Positions 10,640 through 24,557 of a stretch of DNA of 64,000 nt are shown here, piece by piece. The stretch's first letter is position 1; the number at the start of each line of letters is the position of its first letter. The position numbers and the translations under genes are program-made. Origin of the DNA: Convolutriloba macropyga (lineage: Eukaryota); assembly GCF_964194025.1 (NCBI RefSeq), contig NC_134474.1:37510001-37574000 (forward strand), written 5' to 3'. The notes under the pieces are model-generated. The model made no database searches. It was given only the letters and a program-made list of their open reading frames with translations, and had not been told where the DNA came from.

Positions 10640-13600
10640 AAATAAAGTATTTTTAAATCTTAACGCTCAATGCAGTTTTAAAGAATCTTTTTCTAACATT
10701 TCAAACTTACACAATGCAAAATTACGTTTTGCTGCTAAACATAAAATCTTTTTGCAAGAATTTAGATCAGCTGAAATTTTTTGTGAGCAGTTTAGTTTTA
10801 CTTTAAGCAGTCTGTGTAAGGGATATCCCAGGTTGAGGTCCAGACAAAAACTCTCCTCTGATCAGACTCACTCGAGCGCATACCCGTGTGTTTCCAGAGA
10901 GAAGTTACAGGGTCTGGACGGCAGTTCGAGCGCGCTATAGTCTGAACCATGGTCTGGAGATGGTCTGATCAGAGGTCACTTTGGTCTGGAAAGTCTGATC
11001 ATAGGCGGATTCGAGCGCACTTGAGTCTGATCAGAGGCGGCTTCGAGCACAAGATAGTCTTATTAGAGGCCAATTCGAGCAAATTATTTCAAGTTACCTA
11101 CTAACAGATGTTTCTGCTGAAACTCAACAATGCAGCAGCATTCTGATCAGAGAATCTTCGAGTCTCATGGGGTTGATCAGAACCAAGGGTTCCAGCTGAT
11201 AGCAACTGCCGTTCCACTTTGTGAAGATTTGGAATAACTGCAGATAAAGACGTTATTATGCAAAGTTTTCTTAAGTTCATCTATTCAGACAAAAACATGA
11301 ATCAACGGAATACTCAAAAAATTTTTCCGGCACCTGGGTTTTTTTTCATTAGTAATGTTTTTAGAGGTGGCATTGCCTTAATTCAATATATTATTGAAAA
11401 TTTCAATTTTCATGAAATGAATATATTATAGCGATAAATATATTATCTGAGCATATACGCACAACGGACTAGATTGAGTCTGATCAGAGTTTTTTTGGTC
11501 TGAAAAGTCGATCCATTGTCTGATTATGGTCTGAACAATGGTCTGAGTTTGACTCTAGACCATGGTCTGATCAGATCTTCTTCGGTGTGGAAAGTCTGAT
11601 CAGAGACCGTCTCAGTCTGGAAAGTCTGATCAGGCAATTTCGGTCTGGAAAGTCTGATCAGAGGAAATTTGGGTCGGGAACTCAAACTGGATGGCTAAAA
11701 GAGTAATTCAAAATAGACTGTTTTACGTTTGAACGGCTATCAGAAAATAGATTATGCAATTTGATGTTTGTCGAGAACAAATTTAAGTTTGAAATAATTG
11801 ACTCTAACAGCACTAAAGAAAGTCAATTCTTGAATCTGATTTTCATATTCAACCAGGCAAAAGATTTTTTTTAAATTAATACCTACCAAATAAAACAAAC
11901 AAAATATTGTCAACAAACATGCACAACCAATTTGAAAAATTAATTATTCCTGACAAATTATGTACCAGTTCTTTGCGGTGACTTAAATGTGAAATCATCA
12001 TCCTAAATCTCTAGGATGTTCTGCTCTTATTCCATTTTTCGTGAATACCGAAATCGCACAAAAAACCGCGAGTAAAACATTAATGCTACGTACCCACCCA
12101 CGCTTAAATTGGTGTGAACGGGTTACAAACATTTATATCTGATACACACTCCAAATTTATTTGCTCTAGCGAAAGCACGGTCGAATAAAGAACAGTAATT
12201 GCGACAAGGATTATCAGATTTTAGCATACTTGATAAAAATGAGTAAATAAGATTTCCTTTTTTGCGGCTGCTTGAATTGTGAGGAAGAAATAGAGAGCTC
12301 TCAATTGACGTTTTTAAATTGTGTCGATAAAGTGTACAATAACAAAAAATACCATCTTCGGTAGACAATGAAGTAACAATTTTAGCACTCAAGAATTTTA
12401 CATACGTCATTCAGTTCAATAATATGAAGATAATATTATAGTTTAGAAAACAGTAAATCACCGGGTCCACGATTTGTCCATGCATGGGCTTTAAAGGCGG
12501 CGAAGTTCGCAATTGGTACTCATATGCAATTTATTTTTAATGAATGTATTCAAAACAGTGTCTTTCCAACTGTTCTAAAACATGCATATGTCACACCAAT
12601 TCACAAAAAAGGATCAACAACACAAGTGTGCAACTATCGACCAATTTTGGTCACACCAACTTTTGCTAAGCTTTTATAGAAGCTTCTCCTTTTCCAAATG
12701 ATGGATCACATTAATAAAAACAATCTATTGAATAAAGAGCAATTTGTATTCCAAAACAAAAAATCTTCAACAGATGCAGTATTGTTTTTCACTGAGACAG
12801 TAATAGAAACCATGAATATGGGCAAAACACTGCAGCAATTTTCTTAGACCTTGCAAAAGCATTCAATTCATTTTCGCACAAAATATTTCTTAAAAAAGCA
12901 GATTGCTTCAACTTCTCTGAGCCTGCAGTTAATTTATTGAGATCTTTTCTCGAAGAAAGATCACAAGCGTCAAAATCGGCACCAAGGTCTCAGAACACAT
13001 TTTCGTTAATCGTTATTTTATGTCGATATGAACCAGTAGAAACAATTGCAACAAAAATTGAAAATATTTTACTGAAGACGGACAGTTACTTGAAGGAAAA
13101 TCAATTCACTTTGAATGATAAAACAGAACTACTTTATTTTTCTACCAGGGACGAATTAGAACCAAAAGTTACTTTTAACGGAAATTTAATGAAATCTGCT
13201 GAGAGTTGTCGTTATCTAGGAATACACCTTGACTCAATATTGACTTTTGGAGCACATCTAAATGTAGTTTTAAAAAAAGGCGGCCGCCATTCGCTAACTA
13301 TATCTAGTAAGAAACCATATACCTTTGGAAGTAAGGTTGCAAGTTTTCAAATCTTTAGTCCTGTCTCATTTGTCATTCAGTGGAGTTTATCTACAAACAT
13401 TGTCAGCAAAAAATATACAGCGTATAAATTGACAGATTAATTGGGGCATAAAAGTGTGTTATATGCGTCGTAAATTCGATCATTGTCGTGATATCCTTCT
13501 CAAATCGCATGTCCTACCAGCTGAGTTAATTATTTCAAAGTTTAGTGTTTTGGAACTCCACACAGACTTGAATCAGAGGATAGTATCAGAAACATTTAAA

Positions 13601-13935
13601 AAATGTGCAAACCGCCTACAGTTAAAACAGAACAAACGGACAAAACAGCTGATAATAAGAACGCAAAAGTATACTAAGCAGAGTAAAAGGTCTTTGATTT
13701 TGAAGAGCATACATAAATGGAATAAGTTACCCTCTAACGTAAGAGCGATGGCGAACAAAATTCTTTTCAAAAGAAATTTAACAGAGTTTTTGCAACGTCA
13801 GCGTGAAACTTTTCCTATAGATAGACAGTTAGGATCATTCGTGTCTTATTTTATATAGTAGAACGAACAGCTTAATGGGTAACATCAATTAATAACCAGA
13901 AGTCTGATGTGTAATTTTGATTATTTCAATAAATA
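10640..13935 (+). mobile_element. Decayed LINE ORF2 (APE endonuclease + RT, CR1/L2-group), interrupted by a MITE
   Basis: Endonuclease remnants (LNLNAQ, WLK, VLCGDLN) and RT motifs (SKSPGP, VTPIHKKG, NYRPI, FLDLAKAFNS, RYLGIHLD), C-terminus KWNKLP. Many frameshifts and deletions. Confidence 0.85.
10827..11690. mobile_element. Non-autonomous DNA transposon with subterminal tandem repeats (CACTA/CMC-like architecture)
   Basis: Imperfect TIRs CCAGGTTGAGGTCCAGAC / revcomp CCAGTTTGAGTTCCCGAC (15/18), flanked by AT on both sides. About 30-bp subterminal repeats built on the palindrome TCTGATCAGA at both ends. Confidence 0.65.
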
Positions 13936-15489
13936 TTCGTGATTATTCTGAAGGCATGTAAACTTTAACCTTTGGGTTATATTATTAATTTACATGTTTG
14001 GAAAAAAAGATGATGGAAGCTCAGAAGTTAGTCCATAAAAAGAACGATGAATGTTGTCAAATAAATTTGAGAGTTTCAAACAGTTCCAATCGTTTTGAAT
14101 GCGTCCGTGAACTCAACGCGAAAGCATCAACAAAACGATTTCGGCAGAGAAAACAGCCAAAAAATCATTCATTACATTCGCAAAATATTTGTGGAAAATT
14201 AGCTTTAAATTTTTGTGTGGCCGAATCGAATTGATCGGTAAAATATTTAGAGCTTGCAATCATCGATGTTTTTGATTGTAACAAAAGAAGGAGGTTCGGT
14301 AATGTGCGTTCGCACATGATGTTCCGACCCGAGCTCATTTACATTTTTGACTTAATTTTCAACCAACTGTAGATATAACAAAAATAGATGTTTGAGTTTG
14401 AAACAATCGTTGCAAAAACGTAACTACTAATTGAATTACATAATGCCATATCCCGTCACAGTGCCAAAGAGTTCTGGCATTAATGAGGCTGCGAGAAAAA
14501 AACGATAAACAAAATAAGCAAAAACAAACATTTCCCGGCAAAAACTGAATATCTAAATTTAAAAGCACCTAGTAACAACTTCAAAATGCTGTCAGATAAA
14601 ACTTAAACTACACAAATTTTACTTTTACTAACAATACAGCAGATGGAAATTATTCCTAATGATACTAGACAACAAGTTGACAAAGAAAACCAATAATGTG
14701 GCGAAATTCAAAAATTAATCAACATTTTTCAAACCAGGAAATTTCAAAATTCTTAAATATCATTAGCTTTTAACAAAATAATCCTTGATAAGTTACTGAA
14801 GTATTTTTACGAAACCAAAAGGACCTGTGTTTTGTTAGACTAAGCCTTAGAAACTGACTAAAGATGCAGAAAAACTCAAAAAGTTTCAAACGATTTGCGA
14901 AAACACAAACTATTGATACCATTAAAATAAATAGCTATTAAAATAAATAGCTATCATCTGAATTATATGTGTTTTTGATTCAATTGTTATTTCTACTAAT
15001 TCAGCTACAGGATTTGTACTGTGAGATCAGATACGTTTAATTGGGTCACATTTGAAAACCATTGGGATATGTTATTACGCGATTGTGCTGAAAGAAGAGA
15101 AAAAGAATCACAAAAGTTGACCACTCAAAAAACATACATGAAACCGCATATTGTACAAAACGTCAGTGACGGCATAATATCGGTAGATGTTTCGTTTAAA
15201 TACAACAAGTTGCATTGGACCTGTCAATGATGTAAACAAGTTACAAGTTGACAAAAAGAACAACCAAAACTGAAAAATTTAAATTTGAAAAGTCTTTGAA
15301 AATGTGTACCATAAACTTTTACTTTTCGCTATAAACTGACTGGTTCGAACTGAATTTTTTCTATTTTCAATTAATTTTTTAACAGCAATGGGATTCTTCT
15401 TTTCCAACAATTTTACTCGAAAAAATGAACAAATAAGAACAAATACATTAGAACCACGATTTTTTTTTTAGAAAACTCGTAGTATCAAC

Positions 15490-16480
15490 GCCCATTAAAT
15501 TCAATAGCTTTCAACGGAAGCCACTACATCAGCTAAATTAAGCCTCGATGGGACCCCACGGATGTTGGCCTTTTATAAGTCACCAATAAGACATTACAAC
15601 AAGTCATTGACTATGAAAACAACAACAACGTTGAAAAAACCAAAAATTCAGTAGAAAAGTGCGAGAAGTAACTGTCGAAGCCATTTTAGCCATAAGCTTT
15701 TCTCTGCAAACTCTTTCTCCTGTTCATTGAACGTCTTCTCTAAGCCAAAGGAAACTATCAATATTAGGATAAGGTAATAAGATTTCAAAACAAACCAATA
15801 ATACAAAAACATTAAAAAAAATTTTAAAAAAATTTGAAATTTTGTGGCATTGAAGTCATATAAAGAATAGTTAGAAGATAAAACCGCCAACCAGATTAAT
15901 TTTAATTGCATTATAAACGAAGAGGGTTTTGTCAATACCGAGACTGACTGACGGTTCGCGAAAAAGAGTTTTAGATTGGTTAATGTTCAAAAATATTCGA
16001 ATTTTTTTAAAGTCTTTACACTCATTAATTTTAATAGCTTCCAACGGAAGGCAGTAAATACGCTCAAATATGCCCCGATTGGAAGACAGGGATGTTTATC
16101 ATGCATAGGTAATCAATAAGACATCACAATACGTCCAATGACTATGAAAACAACAAGAAAAACGTGCAAAAACCAAAAATTCAGTAAAAATGCGAGAAGA
16201 AATTGTCGAAGCCGTTTAAAACATAATCTTTTCTCTGAAAACTTTATATGTGATCCATCGAACGTCTTCTCTAAGCTAACGGGAGCTATCAGTATTAGGA
16301 TAATGTGATAGGATGTCTAAAGTAACCATTAATAAGAAAATATACAGAAATTTGCAGTAGGAAGAAGGAGGGTCCTGTCATCACTGAGACTGATGTTTCT
16401 TTTCAAGAAAATAAGTTTGATATGTTCATACTAAAAAAATTTTTGAAAAAATTTTTTTTTAAAAGTCTTAACAGCCATTA
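15490..16480. repeat. Diverged tandem duplication, ~530-bp unit x2
   Basis: Collinear blocks such as AATAGCTT(T/C)CAACGGAAG, TGACTATGAAAACAACAA, AAAACCAAAAATTCAGTA and AACGTCTTCTCTAAGC recur about 530 bp apart. Confidence 0.85.
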
Positions 16481-17399
16481 GCTGTCCTTTCAAAGCACGA
16501 GATAGACTCACTTAATGCTCATTATGGAACATATTGCACTTTTCGTCAATGAGTCTATGCTATAGGACACCAAAAAATTATCAAATCAGCAAAAAGAATA
16601 CCAAAATTTCACTTAAAATTACGAAAACTCGAGAGTCGAAGCAAAAAAACATGAGCAATTCCTTGGAATTTTTTGCTCAGTGGGCTTCATTTGACTGTAA
16701 ATCAGGTTTTTCATTATGAGAACCTCGATATGAAAAGTGACTAGTCTCTAGTTGACTTAAAAAAAAACAAAAACAAATTGAAAAGTAATCCCAAACAGAA
16801 TTCGATTTTTTTATTGTGAACTTTCCTATGAGACCAGTACTGGTCTTTTTATTGTCTTTGGTCTATTAGGAACACAAAATTGGTTAATTTTGTGGCGTGA
16901 ATTTTAATTTTGAAATACTGTTTTTTATAGAAAATATCCTAATTTAAAGAAAATTTACACTAAAAGTGAACAAAAACATGCCAAATATCCCGTGTTCACA
17001 CAAAACTTCAATCCTCGATAACTCCTTAAAAAAACGAAATTGAAAAAAATCTTTTTAATTTTGATTTCTACTCTAGACGAGCTTTTTAATGATACCACTC
17101 ACAATTCTCTACGATGAATATATCGATCGGCCAAAATTGTCTGAACAAAAAAACCCATTTGAGTATATAGTCCCCCCCACAAGTGGGGTCGGAACAATAA
17201 CCGTCGCTGACATTCTCAAAATAGTTGAACAAATGCGGACAAAATGCAGCCTACTTTTGTTTGTGTAATTTTTTTGCGTGAAAGATTAAATTGTTTTAAT
17301 CTTAGATTATATAAATTTTTGGTTCCAACTTTTGACAAAATTTTTTTGAAAATTATAAACAAACTGATCAATTTCTTAGATTAATATATATTTCTCATC

Positions 17400-18300
17400 A
17401 TCTTGGTTTGAGAAGTGGAACAATCGCTAGGCTCGCCCATCTTGAAAACTTAAGATGTACACCAGAAAACCATTGTTCAAGAAAAATTGAAGATAAAAGA
17501 TTAGAGGGTCACTTGCTGAAATCTTATATAACGGAGAGAACCCAGTGCGTTAAATATGTTTCAGGGAATACAGAACTGATAATAGTTTACTTCGGAGAGC
17601 CTCAAGGCTCGGTGTTAGGACTGGCCCTATTCATATATATCAATGACATCGGTCACCAAATAAGAAAACAGCCATAACGCTTTATTATAACGAAATTGTC
17701 CTACAGACAATAATAAGAGTTTGGTGGTAACTTGTTTCGGCGAGAGCTCCTAAACATATAGCAAAAAATTAATAATCAATAGTTAATATAGAGAAAACTC
17801 TATTTTGACAATAGGTCTGAAATGCTTGAATTCAAATTAAGTTCCTTTATTGAATGCGAAAGTGTAGTAAACAGTATGATAAAAACTAGTACTTGGTGGA
17901 GCATTTGAAGAACAAAGGTGCAAAACTGACAAAAAAAATGTTGCCCTGTTTTATAAGTTCAGATTTAATTCCAAAGTAAAAGCTCGTCTTTTTTACAAGT
18001 GCTCCAATCTGTATAATCAACAATCAAACATTTTACCCGAATATTTTCTCAAACATTTTAGTCTGTCAATATTAAATGAAAGTCAAAAACATGGAATACT
18101 TCTGGCAACAGAACTGCTTATCTACGAAATAGTAACAAGTTTCGTCTAAACAATTAAGGTGAGAAGAAAGTTCCTTTTTGAAGTAGAAAAGATGATTTAA
18201 CAGAACACGAAAACGCACTAGAAAACTACTTAATTTCGTGTGTGGATTCCACCTGAGTTTTGTTAAAAAGGTTGAATAAAATTGACTTGATTTAGTCGCA
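17400..18300 (+). mobile_element. Old LINE RT remnant
   Basis: LLKSYITERTQCV...GEPQGSVLG...FIYINDI are non-LTR RT motifs. Heavily decayed; boundaries approximate. Confidence 0.7.
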
Positions 18301-20136
18301 ACTCACATCATGCTTTCCTTAGAAATGGTGTCTCAGGAAACGAACAAATTGTTGATTTTTTTAAAATTAATGTTTGGTATCGTTAAGTTCTCTGCCCTCA
18401 AAATATCAACTAAGTGCTTTTTACTATAATCCAACCAACACTTTTTTGTTTCTGCCTCGTTTGCTTTCGGATGAAACCTTTCATACAAATGGACCAATTT
18501 TTTGAAAAAGTATCAGAATATCCTTCATCCTACCTTGTGGTTAAAATATGTTAGATGCTTCCCAACGGCAGGATTACACTAGTCAAGGTTGTATCCTTTC
18601 AAGACTGTAGGCTTATTTGTTTTTCTTGCCACGGTCTTGTTACTTACGCTCTTTTGAACAATTTTTTTTGCTACTGTTTCTATTTAGAAGACGCGCTCAA
18701 TTTATCATTCAGAAAACGCGGTCAACTGAATAGCTCTGTATCATTCGAACGCGTATCATTGGCCAGTAATATCTATAAAGGACATTTTTGAGAGCTCCAG
18801 AAGTTTCAGGAAAAACAATTTTGTAAGCACAAATACTAAGAAAGATGTAGATAACTTCATATTGACTGACAATAGAGGGCTTAGACAATCTTCCGTCTTT
18901 CTCAACTCTAGCCCACCTCTTCTTTAAATATTTTTTTGCTAAGCTTTAAGTTGAGTGTTGATCTTAGTTTTTCACGACTCAAAAGAGGCGTTTTGGTTAT
19001 CATTTTTTAATGTAAAGTTCATTTCCGCAGTTGAAAATGATTTTTTTCTTGAACAAAAAAGAATTGCAGAAAGAAGTGAGATTGGCATTTTTGTCTTTGC
19101 CGGTTCTTGAAAGGCAGCTAGAAAAGTAATTATGAGAAAATTTTCACTTGTAAGTTGGAGAGTTTTGGCCATTTTATTTATTAAACTCTAAGATCATTTT
19201 TGAGTTAGTTATGTAATATTTTTGGTTTTAGTCGAATTTTTAGTTTTGTTTGGTTGAGTTTTGTTGACTTTCTGTTGGTTTCTATCGGTTTTGTTAGCCT
19301 TTTAGTTCCATTGGCAAAAAGGCATCAATTTATCTTTTTTTCAAGTAAAATAGCTCAATAAGGTACGAATAATTGAATAAATTTTCAAAGTTTACGGCCC
19401 TTTTCGTCTTATTTTTTGTCTTTCGTGATATTTTTTATTGGGTAAATGTTTATCAATATGTATTTTAGGGTTATTGTTGTCGAGAGGAGAAAATTGAATG
19501 TTTGATGTTGTAGTTTCTAAAAAAATTGTAGCAATTATTCCGGAGTTTTTCATGCGTTTGTTTGTTTATTGTTTAGTATGTTTGTCATGTGGTTGTTCAC
19601 TGATTGTACACAAGTGTTTTAGAAGTTCTGTTGAGAGCAGCTCTGGGTACTTCGCATCTTTAAGAGAGAATTGTAGAAAAGTAAAGAGATTTTGAATTTT
19701 GAGTTCTTCATTTTTCCCTTCTGCTCGACCTTCCTTGATAAATGATTTTGTTCTATTTTTTGGTAGTCTTTCTCTGGACATGGATTATATATTACTCGGT
19801 CTTCTGAAAAATAATTGTTTGGGAGAGGCAGTTTGTGAAACATTTGCAGTAAATTGTTTCCATTTTGTAAATTTTTCAAGAAATTTTCGGGTTTTACTGT
19901 TCGCATTATATTTGTCCCTTCATTTGGCGTTGAAATTGAATGATACAATGAAGTGAAGTATAATTTACTTTGCTAAGAGTATGGCTAAGGCCTGCGTTGT
20001 TTTTGTTCGAGTTGATTCCGCAGCGTTACGGCTATTATTTTTGGTTTGAGGTGTGACGCCTATTTTTCCTGTTACACATTAAAGCCGCAAACCTCAGCAG
20101 CAATTTTCAGCTTACCGTACTGCTCTGCAACTGGTT

Positions 20137-21141
20137 AATAGCCGCGTCCTCAATTCTAGGCGGCTATTATAGCGCTCCTAGTTTTTTACAATTCAAAGAA
20201 TTTGAATTGTATTGGGGCGCTGTCTTTTTGTTAAGATCTGTTCACACATTTTCATGATTTTTGAAGTCAAATTGGAGCAGTGATTTTGGTCACGCCGAAA
20301 CAGGAAGTGGAGCGAAAAAGCGAGTGGTTTTGCGGCGTGAAATTTTTTGCTCTAAATTTAAAGTATAGTGAGAAAACGATGTTTGAACTAAAATTCGCTT
20401 TCTCGCTAGTGGTTTTTCGTTCACATGCGGCTTTGGTTTTTACTGTTTTTACAATTTTTTGGATCGGATTTTTTTCTAAATGGTTTTCCAATCCATTCAT
20501 AGTCCCTTCTAGGTCTAGTTTTCTGTTTAGTCAATGAAAATTCTTTGAATTGTACGTCAGGACTTGTCCTGCTATGTTTTTTTACTTCGTCTAACAGATT
20601 TTTGTTTCGTCTTACCGTGACTTCTTGGAATTGATTTTTTCAATGACTTACCTCACTCAAAAAAATGAAAAAAATGACTTCTGAGCTCACTTATGAAACT
20701 TTAAATTTTATGAACATTTTACTTATTAATGGTCAATAGTGTGCATATAAGTAGTGCCAAACATATACCCTAATTCTTGAATATTAGTCTTGAGTTTTTG
20801 ATTTCAAATATTAATTTTGGGATCTTTTCCGTTTGTGCCCCCCCCCAAATATTGCACGTGCATGAGGGGGGGGGGGGGGGTGCAAATAAAATGCGCCCAC
20901 TAAGCTGAGGGTGCACAAACGCAAAAGATCCTAATTTTGAAAAGCCCTATTAGGGCTTTCTCCTTATAGAGCTTATGTGTCTCATAAAAATGACAGTGCG
21001 AAGCTAACCCAAAAAGTCTAGTGGTCTATTAAAGGACTGGTGGCCGATCTGTCTATTTTATTTCTATAGTTGTTTCAATTCATGTAACGCCACATCTATT
21101 TACGTCTATCGCGGCTATTTACCGGCAATCTGCCGGCTATG
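20137..21141 (+). mobile_element. Helentron/DINE-1-like non-autonomous element (HINE), family A, short copy
   Basis: 5' AATAGCCGC...GCGGCTATT inverted pair. 3' subterminal GCGGCTATT + hairpin CCGGCA-ATC-TGCCGG + CTATG, embedded in T-runs with no TSD. Both ends are homologous to 32746-41627. Confidence 0.75.
20820..20931. mobile_element. 112-bp MITE with 8-bp TSD
   Basis: TIRs GGATCTTTTCCGTTTGTGC / GCACAAACGCAAAAGATCC; TSD TAATTTTG (20812-20819, 20932-20939). The empty site is visible in the sister element near 41459. Confidence 0.85.
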
Positions 21142-21724
21142 TTTTTGTGTGTGTGATGTCTTTTGTTACATTTGTCAGATGTGAGTTTTAACTGAATTGC
21201 TGGATATGGAATTACCCGTATAAAGGAGCTTAGCTAGTGGTATTCCTATCCTAAAATGATATTGTTGTAGTAACGTTTTTATTCCGTATTTTGCAAGTGC
21301 CGGCTGCAGGACAAAAACTTTCTGGTTTCTGCTAAGTTTGATTCTATGTTAATAAAGGGGTGCGGGTTGTATATACGCATGTGTAATATTTTTCTTTTTT
21401 TCTTATTTATCAATCAATCAGACGCTAAAGCGTGATACTTGATAATGTTTTTGATAATTAATGACGGAGCTCAATCTCTAAATATTACGATAACTTAAGT
21501 TTGCTCTTAACTTTTTCAGGGTCGTTCAACGATAAAGCACCGCAACAAAATGTAATAAGCACTATAATTTTTTGCAAATTGTTATCTTTCTATCTCTATT
21601 CTACGTCCAGGAAGTCTACGTAGCTATTTCGGCATCATGTGGGCCATGTTTAAGCCTTTAGGTAAACTGCATGTTATTGTCCACCTCAAAGTTTATTGAT
21701 GAAGTTTTGGTATGGTTTGTTTAG

Positions 21725-21782
21725 GTGCAATAACATTCTGTACATCAGAGGAGCAGGTGAAGAGGAAGAAGGAATGGCCTGA
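21725..21782 (+). CDS. SNRPF: SmF, exon 2
   Basis: Acceptor TTTAG|G at 21724/21725 gives (R)CNNILYIRGAGEEEEGMA*, the Sm2 motif IRCNN(V/I)LYIRG plus an acidic tail. Total protein 83 aa. Confidence 0.93.
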
Positions 21783-22215
21783 CACTGATTGCATACTGAC
21801 TATTCTTTATTTCCAAGAACCACAGCCGAACTGGATTTCCTAATTTACTTTGTGAGAAACATGAACGTATTGAAATTTGCCTGCCGCAAGCTTGCTGACC
21901 TCTGAAGCTCGCGTCTCTTCCGGAAAATTAAGAATCGAAAACTTTATGACGGAACTGTGTGATAAATTTTTCTAGTTGTTGCTAGTTGTGGCTGTGTAAT
22001 CCTGTGTTTCATTTTTGATATCCTTCTATGTTGTTGTTTTGAAAGACTTTTTGTTGTTTATACAAATTAAATCTTAAATGATATATTTTTAATGAAAGAG
22101 CACTGCTAGAGATCAATCGCTTCAATCCTAAGTTGTGCCATTTTTCATTCAGACCTCATGGATTTCTGCAATAGAGTATGTAATTTCTGATACCCGAATA
22201 GTGCTGTCTATAACT

Positions 22216-22461
22216 ATGGGTGATGCACCACCACCACCCCCACCCCTCCCAAAACCAACAGCAGTACCCTCTCAGAAACTGTATGCTCATTTATTGCCTT
22301 CGTATAAACCGAGAAACGTAAATGAAAACAATGATTCGACTGGAGATAGCAGCAAAGGTTTTTGGGAATTGTTCGAGAAATCGGCGCGGATTTTGCCGGA
22401 CCCGTTCAGAGATAGAAGCTATGTCGTATGGTACAATTGTTCTGTTCGACCACAGATGCAG
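22216..22461 (+). CDS. ACTMAP: Actin maturation protease (C19orf54/UPF0692 family), exon 1
   Basis: Pro-rich N-terminus MGDAPPPPPPLPKP... ending VRPQMQ|GTGGGT (phase 0). Splices to DGPKCGLVAL, recreating the Q-x-GP-x-CGLVAL catalytic Cys motif. Confidence 0.85.
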
Positions 22462-23011
22462 GTGGGTTAAAATCAATTGAGAATCTGAACCAGGTAACTA
22501 TTGATATTAACTGATACTTCACGTAACTAAAAATGCATAATTTTCGGTGGAATTTTTAACACTGGCGTTTCGGGCTGCCTTTACTACTCACAATTGACCG
22601 CTTGATTTACAATTTAAAGCAACTGAGCTAAATTGCGCGTGCTATTTGCACAAAGTTTTACTAATACACTCATTAACTAAACGAAACGGGTTATATATTT
22701 TTTGTCAACATCGGCTTTTTATAGTAGTTTTATTTGGTTTCAGCAAAATTTGCTAACAGAAGTAGCGACAGTTTCGCTTGTTGATAACCACGTAACTCGG
22801 CTCATTAACGAGGCGGTTTTAAGTCTCATTGTAATTTTTGAAACCGAAAGAATTTGGGTTATATTTGGTAACGTTAGAAAAGGATCAAAAGAATGAGTAG
22901 TTTTGAAAAACAGCGTTATTTGAACAGCTTTTAAAGTGGACGGAGAAGCTTTTACAGAAACAAATTTTGGGATTTGAGATATTTTTTGTGAAGAGCAGTT
23001 TTTTTTTTATT

Positions 23012-23468
23012 AATAGCCGCCGTCAGCCTCTCAAGCGGCTGCTATTTAGGCGCTCTCCTATTTTTAATTCGCTTTAACTTTTGATCACATTTTAAATTTT
23101 ACGTAAGTCATTATTTTCACGTTTGACTTCTGACTTACTTAACTCACTGTTTCAACTGAATTGATTTTAAATTCGTTCTTGAATTGAATTACGCAATATC
23201 GTGAATACGGACAAAAACAAAAGATTGAATCAAAAGAGACGGGATACACCGATAAAGCCCGGTCATTAAGTCATTCAATGAGGATTAGGTTATCAAAGTT
23301 TGCTAGCTGATATCGGTATTAAGCTTATTAGCCTTCAGTTTAGAAGCTCAATAAAGTATATTTGTAGAATCTAACTGAAACTGCACGCCAAATTAGAACA
23401 CTTTTTGAAACAAAGAAATTACCGATGTGCATCAACGGCGGCTATTTTCCGGCAATGTGCTGGCTATG
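23012..23468 (+). mobile_element. HINE-like element (same termini, different interior)
   Basis: 5' AATAGCCGC...GCGGCTGCTATT; 3' GCGGCTATTTTCCGGCAATGTGCTGGCTATG; T-rich flanks. Confidence 0.7.
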
Positions 23469-24557
23469 TTTTTGAATTTTTTAAACGTTTATAATGTAAT
23501 TGCAATGTCATGTCTCTTAGTTTGGAATAAAAAGGTCCCATTAACCGTTTAAAAACGCTGGAGTTGTTTTTTTTTGAAAACTTGATTTGCGTGTTACAGT
23601 TTTGATTTTAGATTATCGTAAAATTTTGGTCACCTTTTGGGTTCTGCCTGAATTTTGTCCGTTTCGAGATTTTATCTGATCATTCACCTTGACTGATGAG
23701 AGGAGAATTGGGGTCTCTGGGGAGATATAATTGACCTTTAATAGTATTTTTGTCAATAGTTAATGGCTTTTATGTCTTTGACACTGTTTTAAACCTTAAG
23801 TTAATTTTGCCTTTATTTGTTATTTTTCATTTCTGATCAGTAAATTTCATTAATGAAAGGTAGCACTTGGTTTTCTAACAAAGCATCAGTGATTTTATAT
23901 CATATGGTCTGTTTAAAATTGATTTTCTATGGTGTTCACAACGTGTATTTTCGTTTTGCCTGTTTTTGTTGTTTGATCACTAAATATCCTTTATGAAAGG
24001 AGACTGTTGGGCTTTATAAGTAGTTAACCAAAACTTTGTACTTGAGGTCATTAGTTTATCCTGTTAATGAGTTCGAGATCATTTATCTCCGATATTTTTA
24101 AATGATCTTTGAACTTTGCCTCTTTTTCTTTATTTTTCTTTTCGACTTGTATAACTTTTTAACCTCAAGTGGTGATCTCAAACTAACATAGCTTATAAAA
24201 GCTTTTATGGTATGGGCATTTTTATTCCTGAAACGTTTTCTTCTTCGTAGAATTTTTGAAGGAATGATTGTCTAAGCAAAAACTTTTTTCTCGCTGCTGA
24301 TTTGAACTTAGAAGTTCAGTCTACTGTTTTTGTTTCTATAGTTGAGGTTATACTAAGTTTTAGGTGACTTTATCGGCCAAATAAACGCTGAAGTCGCTTT
24401 TGTTTCCTTGGTTTACAATTTTAGATGAATTGACGAAAATAATAGAGCTATTAGTTGTCATATTTTCGGATTTTTGGGGGCCGCGACGCCAACTCGAGCG
24501 AAGCCTTTACTGGCGGCATGTTCGAAAACAAGTTAAATATTGAATTTTTTCACCATC

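Noticed and set aside
18500-20000. Cluster of 65-109-aa minus-strand ORFs
   Set aside because: Fragmented and without motifs I can assign; probably an old TE remnant.
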